A DNA stretch of 63,930 bases, the filler included, from Reticulomyxa filosa (lineage: Eukaryota > Protista > Foraminifera): assembly GCA_000512085.1 (NCBI GenBank). It is 20 parts of 20 records of this genome, joined end to end, with 100 filler letters (N's around TTAATTAATTAA, not from the genome) between each part and the next. Parts side by side here need not be neighbours in the genome. Positions count along the whole stretch, not along the records: positions 25,764 to 26,765 come from ASPP01036693.1; positions 26,866 to 35,295 come from ASPP01021072.1; positions 35,396 to 37,321 come from ASPP01021819.1; positions 37,422 to 43,559 come from ASPP01013089.1; 16 more parts are not named here. One strand, given 5' to 3'. How positions within the stretch are numbered: the stretch's first letter is position 1; the number at the start of each line of letters is the position of its first letter. Both the position numbers and the translations under genes were made by a program. The notes under the pieces are model-generated. The model saw only the letters and a program-made list of their open reading frames with translations. It did not search any database and had not been told where the DNA came from. Shown one piece after another: positions 26,701 through 37,968 of this stretch.

Positions 26701-26865
26701 ATTCATTTTTTTTTTTTTTTAATTACAGGAGCGTTGCTCAACCGAATCCTCTGAACCTTTGTTTTNNNNNNNNNNNNNNNNNNNNNNNNNNNNNNNNNNN
26801 NNNNNNNNNTTAATTAATTAANNNNNNNNNNNNNNNNNNNNNNNNNNNNNNNNNNNNNNNNNNNN

Positions 26866-26908
<43 letters not shown>

Positions 26909-27114
26909 GTGTTGACAAAAAAAAAAAAAAAAAATTATATATATATTATGTGTATTGTATATGTACATATATGTATACGTATACATATATTTGTATATGT
27001 ATTGCATATTGTAAGCCTTTATTGAAAAGAACCCAGCTCATCCTTTGAAAAGTTCAAACTGAAAACAAAGAATCCCCCCCCTTTTACTTCCTTCCTCCTC
27101 TTTTCATATACAAT

Positions 27115-27703
27115 ACCCGTTTGCGAGACAATGACACGCATCGATTGGCAGGCACGTTCGGATACACAACGGATAACTGCAGTCGCGTTGTGAATTAATA
27201 TGGTTACATTTACACATGACTGTGGGGAAGTACACGAAATTATATGCTTCGTGTCACTCGAATTCACATCGATGGTGCTCCCAAAACATCTGTTTTTTCC
27301 CCCCCCCCCCCCCCATATCAATGATGTTACTTATTTACATGTTATCAATGATAATGTAATGTAGATTTCATAACGAATTTGTATTTGCACAGTCAATACT
27401 GCAATATTCGCCTCTTTTTTTGCCTGAGCCACACTGTATAATGCTCCTTGCACAAGATAGCACGCCTGTGCATTGCAAATCTTCAAACTCTTGTATGCGT
27501 CCATACAGTTTTTGACCCGCACATTCACTTTGATTTGCTGTGTTATAATTTCACCTGCTTTTAGTTTTTTAAGATTTTCCTTCCCCTCCCCCCCTTTATT
27601 TGTCTTTGGCTTGCTCAACTTAACTGCAAGTCAATATATCCTTTCCCCAAGCCACATCTTTAAATAGCACGCTCCCGACAAGCAAAAATAAAAACGAGTA
27701 CAT
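27115..27703 (-). CDS. Hypothetical secreted Cys-rich repeat protein (partial)
   Basis: ATG at 27703 gives MYSFLFLLVGSVLFKDVAWG (signal peptide). Later exons carry C-x4-[SA]C units: QCTGVLSCARSIIQC, DCANTNSCFGSTI, SCTSPQSCVNVTI, RCVSERACQSMRV. Confidence 0.6.
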
Positions 27704-28124
27704 GCCTTTTCATAAAGGCTATTGATAATCGTTCAATTGAAAGAGCAAACCCCTTGAGGCCCGTGAACGGACCCAATTTATATAAGTAGTTGTTAATTTT
27801 GTCGAGTGGTTAAAAAAAATTGCAAAGATCAATTTATAAATTTTTTATGTCGCAAGTTTAAAAAAAGAATATTTTTAGACAACAATTGCACCAAAATTTT
27901 TTGGAAAAATTTCGAGTTTGCAATGTACTGACCAAAAAATAAAGTAGACCACACATAAAAAGTTTTTATTATGTCAGACGGTGTATTTAAAGCACAAAGG
28001 TCATCCTTTTTTTGGTATTTTTTTTACTTCTTGTGCTGCTCTTTAATGCAACAGTTTTAATGCAAAAAAAAAAAAGATGACCAGTTAACCATAACACCAC
28101 AGAGCAATGAAAACATCGTATAAT

Positions 28125-29101
28125 TTATTTGAAATGTGCCATTGGGCCATTGAAGGCATACTTACAACTGTCTTTTTTGAAGTAGTCTTGTAATTGCGGC
28201 AACGCATGGAAGTCCTTGTGAAATCGTTTCAATTCAGGAAAGCTGTCAAAAACTTGCGGGAAAAACTTCGTTGCCTGCTCCGTGTATTCAAAGAAGATAA
28301 AGTCTCCATAGCTTAATTGCTTGCCACCCAACCTTAACATTTTCAAATTTCAGCCCATTTTTTTTTTTTTTTTTTTGTTGTATATTCTAAAATGAGAAAA
28401 ACAGAGACAAAAAAAAAAAAAAAGATTACCATTTGTTCTCTTTCAAATGTTTGTTAAAAGGAGCCAACGAATCTGGCACTTGCTTCAAAAAGTTTACTAT
28501 TGCAGTTTCCGCCTACCGGAGAATAGCACACTTTAGCCCATTGACTAAATAAGTCTTTTAATGTGTCACCGATCATTTCATCGCGTGCAATATCTTTACT
28601 GTTGGTTGAACCAATTCCTAATTCTCTTGCCAAATAACTGTTATCATTTATTTTCATTTGTATAATTTTTTTAGTAGTTGTCGATATACACACGTTACGA
28701 TATGAACGTTGTCGTACAAAGTTTTGGGCTGACAAAAACAAAAGAGATTTACGTATTAAAGGGCTTACAACACACCGATAAATCGCGTGCGACTCAGTGA
28801 TTCGTAAATTGTGGTAATGATCAATCAAATAAGGGAGATTTGGAAAGTCCAGGTCCAAAGAAAATTTGACATCCAACCACTCGGAACGGCTGTATTCTGG
28901 TGCAGGTCCAATAGTGTAAGCGACGTCTTCAAAGTTGCTGTGTCCTCCGTAGGCTAAAATCAACCTTGCTGGTTGAGCCAAGCCACGAATTTTCCAATAC
29001 GCCAAAGTGAAACGAGGCTTTGGTGCGGAAAAAGACGATTGGCCTGTCAATTTTTCCAAATCAAACAGAATTGCATCGATTTTTTCCAATGCTGTTGCCA
29101 T
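28125..29101 (-). CDS. Glutathione S-transferase, Mu class
   Basis: TLAYWKIRGLAQPARLILAY, Mu-loop GPAPEYSRSEWLDVKFSLDLDFPNLPYLID, ITESHAIYRYLAR, and C-terminal LSYGDFIFFE..FP..FPELKRF. Confidence 0.92.
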
Positions 29102-29199
29102 TTTTACGTATTATTTTGCACAACTTCTTTACAACCCCAAACGCAAAGGAAACCCAAAACTTTGCTTTCTTAAGTCTGTTTTGTCGAACTAACAAGATG

Positions 29200-29440
29200 T
29201 TTTAATGCTAACGATATTTTATTCGTATCAGCAAAAGATAAAAAGAACGATTAAATGAGGAAGAAGTTAAACGAATGGCTGAAGAGGCCGAAATACAAAG
29301 CCGATGATGTAAACGTTGCAAAAAGAATTCATACCAAAAATGATTTAGAAAACTATACCTATCAAATAAGAAACACTTTAGATGATCTCAATTCAAAGAG
29401 CAAATAAAAGAAACAGATCATTCAAAAACCGCCGAAATGA
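29200..29440 (+). pseudogene. Hsp70 C-terminal (SBD end/lid) pseudogene fragment
   Basis: Frameshifted translation FNANDI.FVSAKDK/ERLNEEEVKRMAEEAE.YKADDVNVAKRIHTKNDLENYTYQIRNTLDD aligns with Hsp70 FDIDANGILNVSA.DK...RLSKEEIERMV.EAEKYKAED...KNALESY. Confidence 0.8.
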
Positions 29441-30188
29441 GTTGATTAAATTAAATTTTATTTGTTAAAAAGACCACTGGAATTTTCGCAAAAAAAGGAT
29501 GTTCTTTCAGTATTTGGACTTTTTTTTTGGTTTTGAGTCTATTGATCAAATCTGAAATTTTGTCACGCAAAATTTTAAAATAAAAATCAAAATTTTTATG
29601 AGTTTTTTTGCAGTGCAACTAGTTACAGTAGAAGCTCCATATGAACGAGTGAACCTTTTTTCTCAACAACCTTCACTGTCTTCTTCTTTCACTTTTCTGT
29701 TTTTTTATTTCTTTGTTAGTGAGTTGTTTATCTCTTTTGTTATTTAACTACTTTTGTTTTCCTTTTTGAACACTTGGTGCTACCTGTCAGTCTTCGTACA
29801 CTATCATCAATACTTTGCGCAGCTCTTTTCAGTAGCAGACATTCCATGAATATTTTTATCATCTTTCTAATTCATAACAGAACGTCATTACCATAAGTTA
29901 TAAACGCAGAAAAACTTTTCTAGTTTAAAAATGTACATTGTCACAAGGCGAAGAATATAAAATACGTCATATGATGTTCTACACAACGACAATAGGTCTC
30001 ATTTAAAAATATGGTCTGTTTTTTTTGTAAATGTCAAAACAATATTTGCACTGACTTGTTTCATTTGTGCTTAATTAAACCACTACTCAAGTTAAAAAAA
30101 AAGGGATTGAACTTTCGCGCGTTATATACTTTTTTTAAGTATAATAAGTTCACTCATATAATCTAATCTCAATTGTTTCTTCTGAAGG

Positions 30189-31253
30189 ATGTCGATTCTG
30201 GTATGGGCTTTGTGCTTTTTTTTTTTTTTTTTTTTTTTTGTAAGACAAATATTTCTTGCATTTGTGTGTTGGGGGGGGGGGTGACAGTCTCAGTTGTTTG
30301 GCAATGCACCAACAATGAAAGTGACGTGGGACAACCAAGAGAAGCTCCCAACAATTGAGGTGAGAAATGTGAGAAGAGGTGAAGACGGAAGAAATGAGAC
30401 GGAGGAAATGTATTTATTTTCATCAGATCAAGATGTGAGTGGAAAGGTGGAAGTGATATTGCCAGCAAACACACGAAAGTTGGAACACAACGGGATCAAA
30501 GTGGAATTGATAGGGCAATTGGAGCATGTTCAGGACCGTGGGAACCATCAAATCCTAGTATCGACACAGTACGAGCTCGCCCCTCCAGGAGTGATGACAA
30601 AAGACACATGTTACAGCTTTGAATTCAAAGCAAAAGAGCCACAAAAAGACTTTGAAAGTTACAATGGAACGAATGTGAAGTTGCGATATTTTGTGCGTGT
30701 ACGTATACTGCGAAGTTATGGAACAGTGAGCAAAGAGTTTGAATTTGGTGTTCAAAAAGCAACTGCAGCCCCGGAAGTTAACAACCCATTGAAAATGGAA
30801 GTAGGAATTGAGGATTGTCTACACATTGAATTTGAGTATGACAAGTCGAAATACTTTTTAACGGACGTAATCAATGGCAAGATTAGTTTTGTGTTGGTTC
30901 GTATCAAGATCAAACACATGGAATTGCAAATTTTGAAACGCGAAACGGCCGGGTCCGGTGCTGATGTTTGCAATGAAAGTGAAGTGGTTACCAAGTTTGA
31001 AATTATGGATGGCGCGCCGATTAAGGGAGAAATTATTCCTATTCGTGTGTTTTTGGAACCTTATCAACTAACCCCTACCTTTGCCCCTGCCAATGCCAAA
31101 TTCAGCGTCAAGTACTTTTTGAACTTGGTTCTGATTGACGAAGAAGAACGAAGATACTTCAAACAACAGGAAATCATTATATGGAGAAAAGATCTTAAGC
31201 GTGCTCAAAGTGCCACTGATTCTTCCCTTTTTTTCTCACTCGCTCGCTCTTAA
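30189..31253 (+). CDS. VPS26: Vacuolar protein sorting-associated protein 26 (retromer subunit)
   Basis: Exon 30189-30200, intron 30201-30287, exon 30288-31253. Motifs: KLEHNGIKVELIGQLE, ESYNGTNVKLRYFVRV, KMEVGIEDCLHIEFEY, KFEIMDGAPIKGE, FSVKYFLNLVLIDEEERRYFKQQEI. Confidence 0.96.
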
Positions 31254-32869
31254 AAACATTTCCACAATTTATCCAATCTTTAACACTATGGTTCAAAAAG
31301 GGGTTTTTCCAAAAAGAATTCTTTTTTCTTTTTTTTTTGGTCTTTTAATTAAATCTTTTTTTTTGTTTGTTTTTTATTTGTTATGCTTTTTTCAAAAGTG
31401 CATTGCACAGTTTAAAACTATTGTCGTATGCTTGAACTTCCAAAAAATATAAAGTAATGTTGTGCCAAATTGTGTCATTATTTCAACAATAAAATTAAAC
31501 ATTGTCTGCTGGGTTTTTTTCCTTTCATTTCATACAGTTCGTCTTTTTTTTTTCGACAAATTAAAAAAATTGTGGGGTGATAAGGAGATGAAGTACAATT
31601 ACGGAAATTTTTCTTGTTCGATGTTGTGTGTAACACTTGGTAAGATTTTCAAACATCAAAACATTTATTAAAAAAACTTTTGTCTTGATTAAGTCATGTC
31701 ACCAACAGGTATTACTCAGCATATACTGAATTATTGTGCACGATATTATTCAAGTGTTAATCCTGTCTGCACTAGAATGAGAAAGATTAAGTTTGTACTT
31801 GTTCTGCCACGTAACAATTGTATCTTTTTTTCAAAATTCTGGATCGTTGGTGGTTCATGACTTGTAACAACCGAGTTCGGCGTTCTCTTTTGTGAAGACG
31901 TACACATTTGTTTCGAAAGAGAAAAGGGGGCAAAAATTGCACTTTTTTACGATTTTAACGTCTTTTTGTTGACTTTTTGACTTGAAATAAAGCTGAAAAC
32001 ATGCTTGGAAAAAGTACAAATTCCAAGGGAAAACAAAGACTTAACATTTTAAAGCAAAATTATCTTTTGTGTGTTCCTAGGTGCCAAAACACTAGTTTCC
32101 TTTTTGATGCAGCAATCGTCAGATGATCACATACAATCATTGAAATTACGTGACATGAGCGCATACTATAACAGTCAACATGAAAAAGTTTGTTTGATCA
32201 ACATGGTCAATTACTTTTAAACACAATGATCACTTACAAAAAACGTACATATCCAAAACCAATGTTTTGCTACGTTCACTCTGTCTAGTTTTCAAAATAA
32301 AAAAATGCGAAAATGGTAATTATCAAATAAACTTTCACTTCATTACGTTTTAAATGAATATAATGGGTATATTCTGTGATTTCTTTATTTTTCCATTAAT
32401 CAGATTTTTTCTTTTTATCCATTTCGTTGGCATGTCTATGTTTGAAATGAAATATTTGTGTACTTGTGCCAGTTAAAAAACTGAAACAAGAAAAAAATAC
32501 CTTGAGAAGCAAATAAACGAATTTTGGCTGTTGTAATTTCACGCCACTTAAAATCACAGAAAAACATATCAAAGAAAAACAAAGTTACAGAGACAATAGG
32601 TTCGTGGTGACTTTTTTCTTTGCTTAAAAGTACACAAACAAATTTTTGCGCTGTGCTTGCACGACCAACAATAATTCAGTATTGCATCTTAAAACTCTTC
32701 TGCAGTTTCTTTTCCTCAATTTACTTGAGTGAAAGTAACTAGATATTTTATCGTATATCACTAACTTTAGCGTCGCCTCTAAAATTGCCTTAAATGACTT
32801 TTTTGTAACAAGACTTCGAAGTTTAGCCTTCGGACTGTACTTTGTTTAGAAAAAATGTCTCAACAATTT

Positions 32870-34250
32870 GCTTCAGAATTTTGCATCAACCAAGTTTTGA
32901 TATACGTCCAGCGTTTTTCTCTTCTAGTTCACAGAAGCATATATAAGTAATGCTACAACACGCTTAAACAGTTTATCAGTACAACGCAAATATGAAAGAA
33001 TGACACTAAAATTTTGGATTATTAAAGTATAGCAGTGCGTCCAAAGTGCAATTACACATAAACAACAGCACAATAACCAAGACTATCCCAACAACAATTT
33101 AACAAATTTGCAAAAATGTAGTACCAAGAGTGCTGCAAGGGATACAAAAGATTTGGTTTTTTTCTGGATTTTTTATAATGCAATAACAACGAAGCCATAA
33201 AAATGTATGACCTTGTGCTAGCTCAGTAGGCAAAAAAAAAACAAGTTTTTAAGGGGGGAGCAAAGGTTTCGGACTGGCTCTGTCTTCAAGTTGCACTTCT
33301 GTCAAATTAGCTAAGCTAAGCGATATCTTTCTGTTATCTCAACCATTGAACCAAACAAAGTCAGTTAACGGGAAAATGTATTTGTCTATTTTACTCATTT
33401 TTGTTGCTCGAAGAAGCGAGAAAAAACTAGTCTTATGGACTTCTTTTCCTTTTCCCTTTCAACGCAGGTCAACAAAGAAATCTGATCTGACAAAAGCAAG
33501 CAAAGAGTTGCGGAAATGGCTTGTAGACGTACTAACAACATACTTCCAGACTTTTCTTTTCCTTGGACCGACCTTACTAAAATTTATGACATCTTTGACA
33601 CGTATGATCCAGTGTTGTCTTCAACAACAGTCCCAGAGAGCAGTTAAAATTCTAGAATCTTTTGATCCAAAGACAATTACAATCAAGAAAGATATAAGGA
33701 AAAAAAGAGCCATCACAGCACACATACATACACAATACGCAAAAAAAAAAACTTTTACAAGGAATTTTTTTCCAAAAAAAAAAAAAAAATAAGTAACTAG
33801 TGTTTTTTCTAATAAAAGAAAGGATAAAAAAAAAATCATATAACTATAGATGATGAAAAAACAGTAAGTGATTGGAATGAAAAAGTGAAGCAAAGCAATG
33901 AAACTCATTGCTGCGATGGCTCTCCTTTGTCTGACCCTAATGACCAATCACAGGAAGTTATGACGGATGGCTCTTGCTTGGCATCATTAAATCCGCCTTT
34001 GGTATTAATTTACTCACAAGGCAAGGATGACTACGTTTCCAATGTATGCTGCCTGCAAACCCACAAGTGCATTAGTACGAGCAGACGTGAAAGTAACAAC
34101 AGAGGTCGCTTTGTTTGTTTGGCAAATTTGAAAGATGAAAGCGGTAGGAGCAATGGACACAAATGCAATATTACTTTTACCCAACGATGCCATTGGTATA
34201 GGCATGTAAAAAAATTTCACCTTTAATTTTTTTTTTTTTCTCCCCATTCG
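32870..34250 (-). pseudogene. Possible decayed multi-pass membrane protein gene
   Basis: A series of hydrophobic segments on the minus strand (AIAAMSFIALLHFFIPI, AVMALFFLISFLIVIVFG, SFVSLAALLV, GIVLVIVLLFM) interrupted by stops. Confidence 0.25.
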
Positions 34251-34831
34251 TTGAGATCATTCAATGTTAAGCATTACTATTGATTTGTAACGGCATCCTA
34301 CTTTTTTTTTTTTTTTTCAAAGAGTATGTCCGTTTTGTCCTTATATCTTCCCGTGCCTTGCTTGTGCTTTTTTTTTTTTTTTTTATGTTGTAATTGTATA
34401 AAGAGGAATCTTTTGGTTTGTTTGTTTAAAAAGGAAATATGAGGTTTTATTTTTATTTTTATTTTTTTTTTTAAATTCTCTACAATACAGATGCGTATCC
34501 GGTAAAATCTTGCACTTTTCTTTAATATAATTCACTAGCAAAAAAATTTCACGTGCTACAGCACTTTATATTTGTAAACGTAGATTGTGCCAAATTTGCT
34601 TTCCTTTTCTTAGAGTTGTCATAGCACAAAAACTAGATTGCACTATAAACTCAGCTTTTGTAGTTTAGTTGTCTTTTTCAAATTTTTTTTTTTTGCCCTT
34701 TTTGTGCATAGCTATATACTTACATAACGTATATAGATATGCCGAGAATATGGAATTTGTTTGTAAGAAAAAACAGGGGGGAGGGCGATCGTTGAACCTT
34801 TCATTATCTGTAACTGTGCTTGATTGAAAGA

Positions 34832-35261
34832 ATGCAGCTTCGAAGCGGAACCACCATTATTGATAGGAGCCCAAATACGCACCATCGTAGAAGAGAATCG
34901 AAGAGAAATAGCGTACAGCCGGAGCACAAACGCGAGTCAACATCCGGAGAACGGAGCTTGGGTGTATGTTTATATTTTGCAATCGTTTGTTTGAAATGCA
35001 GCTGTTTTATTTTATTTATTTTTTTTTTTTGTGTGCTTTGTTTTGGTTGAGTCTGTACAAATGGAAGCAGCAGCCTTGAGTAACAAACGAGAAATGCCGG
35101 TCCCACAAGCGACAGTAACTCACCAGATTGATCCCGGTCTAGGATCAACCGAGAGCGCAATTGGGAGGGAGCATCTAGACTCCGAACATAAACTAAATGT
35201 TTTCAAGCCTGCCAAAGATTTCTCCCAAAGTGCAAGCACGAGTGATCAAGCGTCCAATTCG

Positions 35262-35263
<2 letters not shown>
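34832..35263 (+). CDS. Hypothetical protein N-terminus (disordered), truncated by contig end
   Basis: ATG at 34832 (MQLRSGTT..). Two GC-richer exons are separated by a T-rich intron, and a second intron starts at ~35264. Confidence 0.4.
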
Positions 35264-35295
<32 letters not shown>

Positions 35296-35554
35296 NNNNN
35301 NNNNNNNNNNNNNNNNNNNNNNNNNNNNNNNNNNNNNNNTTAATTAATTAANNNNNNNNNNNNNNNNNNNNNNNNNNNNNNNNNNNNNNNNNNNNCTCCG
35401 TGAATTTGGAGTTGTTTTGCTCGTGTCTGTTTTTTCCTCCTCCCCCACGCATGATCGCAAAAAAAAAAAAGCACTTTGAAAAATGCGAAATGAGTGGGAA
35501 GAAGGAGAAAGAGAGGCTTAGGAAAAAAAAAAATACGAAACATTTGATTTAACT

Positions 35555-36163
35555 TTTCCTTCAGATAAATATTCAACAGCTTCTTCAAATTTCTTGCTGA
35601 CTCCAATAGTCATGCTAACGGCCTTTGCTAACGCCGTTATTTTTCTTGTTTCCAATGCACTTAATTGGTCTTTTGATTTAATCCCCTGGGCACATAATGA
35701 ATCGGTATACTCTCCAAAGCCATTTGCTTCACACCAATTCTATTTTTTTTTTTGGCTCCGTTTTTTTGAAAAGAAGAAATTGGACACAAAAACTTCCTTA
35801 CGCAACTCTAAAACTGGGGCTGCAATCTGGATCCGATCTTGTCCGCAAAGCGTCAACAAAATTTTTCTTGTTTTTTCCCAATTTCGACTTGGTACAGACT
35901 TCTTCCAATTCGTCATCTTCCAATTCATTATGTTCCAATTCGTTATCTTCCAATTCGTCATCTTCCAATTCGTTATCTTCCAATTCGTTGTCCAATTCGT
36001 CATTTTCTAATTCGTCATCTTCCAATTCGTCGTCTTCCAATTTCTTTAATTCTTGCACGAGGTGTAGTTCTTCGCTTGCTAATACTTCAAAGCAGCCATC
36101 AAGGCCAAGCCCAGTGCGCCATTCCTTCAAATCTTCTTTTTTTTTCTCTTCAATTTGTGTCAT
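35555..36163 (-). CDS. Protein with two tandem SAM-like domains, the first carrying an acidic repeat expansion (partial)
   Basis: DLKEWRTGLGLDGCFEVLASEEL..VQELKKL(EDDEL)n..KLGKNKKNFVDAL and, after an intron, NWCEANGFGEYTDSLCAQGIKSKDQLSAL..MTIGVSKKFEEAVEYL. Both fit the SAM pattern W..LGL..Y...F....I.....L..L....L..LG......KK....L. Confidence 0.6.
35901..36042. repeat. 15-bp tandem repeat (TCTTCCAATTCGTCA-like), about 9-10 units, encoding (ELEDD/ELEDN)n on the minus strand
   Basis: Directly visible; one unit is shortened to 12 bp, which preserves the frame. Confidence 0.92.
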
Positions 36164-36901
36164 TTCAAACAAACTTTGACAAAAGTTATAAAAACACCAA
36201 GATTTGATTGAACAAAGTTTTCCTTGACCTCTTTAAATTGTAACAAGACTCAATTTGCCTCTTTTTTATCATACAACAAAAAAAAGATTAAAGTCAGTAA
36301 CTTCGCCATACTTCACAACAGCAATCTATTTTATACAAAACAAATTGACAATTAACAATTAAAAATGATGATCTGTATATCAATAATACTGTTTCATTGC
36401 ATAACATTCTCAAATAATATCTAAGACAATTTTTTAACACTATTAAAATGGTTTTTAGAAGAAAAAAAACAAGTAAAAAAAGTGGAAGTTATTATATTGA
36501 GTCCGTCACTTTTCTATAGAAAGAGCAATCATTACAAGAATAAGAATAAATGCTTTCTTTTTGTCATTAAATTTCAAAACAATGTGATCTTTGTAATGTT
36601 TCAGCAATCTTTTTGTCAAAGCAGCTCAGAACACAAGCACTGGAAATTGCAGAAAATTGATGACATAACAAAAAAAAGAAATCGAAGTAGGCTCTAATTT
36701 GACAAAGAGCATGTCAAAACTCAGCATCCTAATTTGAGACTTCATGACTACTTTTCCATCTGCAAGGACTGTAGCAGTTAGCATTTTTCTCATTGTAAGT
36801 TGGTAGAGCAGCCTCCACGCGCAAGATAAATGTAACCTTTAAGTTAGAAAATTCCACTTGACTCAATTATATGACTTTTTAACAGATATTCTTGTGTTCT
36901 C

Positions 36902-36950
36902 TTATTTTTTATTTAAGCAAATGACCTATCTTTGCTTAAATAAAAAATAA
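36902..36950. repeat. Perfect 20-bp inverted repeat with 9-nt loop
   Basis: TTATTTTTTATTTAAGCAAA-tgacctatc-TTTGCTTAAATAAAAAATAA. Confidence 0.9.
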
Positions 36951-37087
36951 TATGAATAAATAATAATTTCAAAAACAAAAATATTTGGACTTAGAAACAG
37001 AAATAACTCAATGCAAAATAAAAACAGCAAAAGTTTCAAATGAATTACTTACTTATCTTTCTTTCAAAAAAAACAACGACAAAGATT

Positions 37088-37321
37088 TTATGAAGATTTT
37101 CTTTGTTGAAAAATGATGTCATAATCAGTAGTGTCTTGACTTTCCACACAATACCATTCACCATTTTTACTTTCACGAATATCTTGTCTGATATTGTCCA
37201 ACATTTTCTTCAATGGATATCCATTTTTGTATTTGGATTTGACAATCTTTGTCATGCAATTACTAAACAATGAAGAGTCAGCAACTTGATATCCTTGAGT
37301 AGTTGACCAAATGGTCAAAAA
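37088..37321 (-). CDS. C-terminal end of a caspase-like (p10-like) domain protein
   Basis: TIWSTTQGYQVADSSLFSNCMTKIV..YPLKKMLDNIRQDI..CVESQDTTDYDIIFQ resembles the caspase small-subunit pattern (YSTxPGY..SWFI..L..ML..V...Q.P...STL....YF). The catalytic p20 part lies beyond the contig end. Confidence 0.55.
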   Translation of the reverse strand, partial: FLTIWSTTQGYQVADSSLFSNCMTKIVKSKYKNGYPLKKMLDNIRQDIRESKNGEWYCVESQDTTDYDIIFQQRKSS

Positions 37322-37968
37322 NNNNNNNNNNNNNNNNNNNNNNNNNNNNNNNNNNNNNNNNNNNNTTAATTAATTAANNNNNNNNNNNNNNNNNNNNNNN
37401 NNNNNNNNNNNNNNNNNNNNNAAAAATCCGAATGCAGCTTACAATACTATTCAAACTCCGAGAAAGGTCATATTTCTGTACAAGAAGCTCCGCATATTCT
37501 TTTTCATCGAGTCAAAAAGTTATTAATGCTTTTAAAAATATGCCTTTTTAGTTTCAATGTTAGCTTCCTTCAAGTCTGTTCAAATACTTAAGTTGCTGCT
37601 GTGTCTCACTATTATTTGTTTATGATCAAATGAAAAATGAAAAATTCGAATAATTTTATTTCTTACTCAAAAAATATGTTCTATTTTTTTGAAATTAAAA
37701 GGGATTAAAAAATATTTTTCTGAAATTTTTGTAGATTGTGCCATTTTTGTCCCGAAACACAACAATCTGTCTTGTACTAACGAAATGTTGCAATCCTTGA
37801 GAACTGCAGGTATTGTATTTGATCAAAACCTGCCTGTTTTTTGAAATTGTGCAAAGAAAGTCCGTTTAGGGATTACGGTAATAAAAAATAACAGCACAAA
37901 ATATTCAAGTAACATTGGTGGATAATTATGACAATAGCATTAATTTTGATTTCACCAATGAAATTGGC

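Noticed and set aside
35901-36042. Tandem repeat as a possible CRISPR array
   Set aside because: Contiguous 15-bp units with no unique spacers; an in-frame coding minisatellite in a eukaryote.
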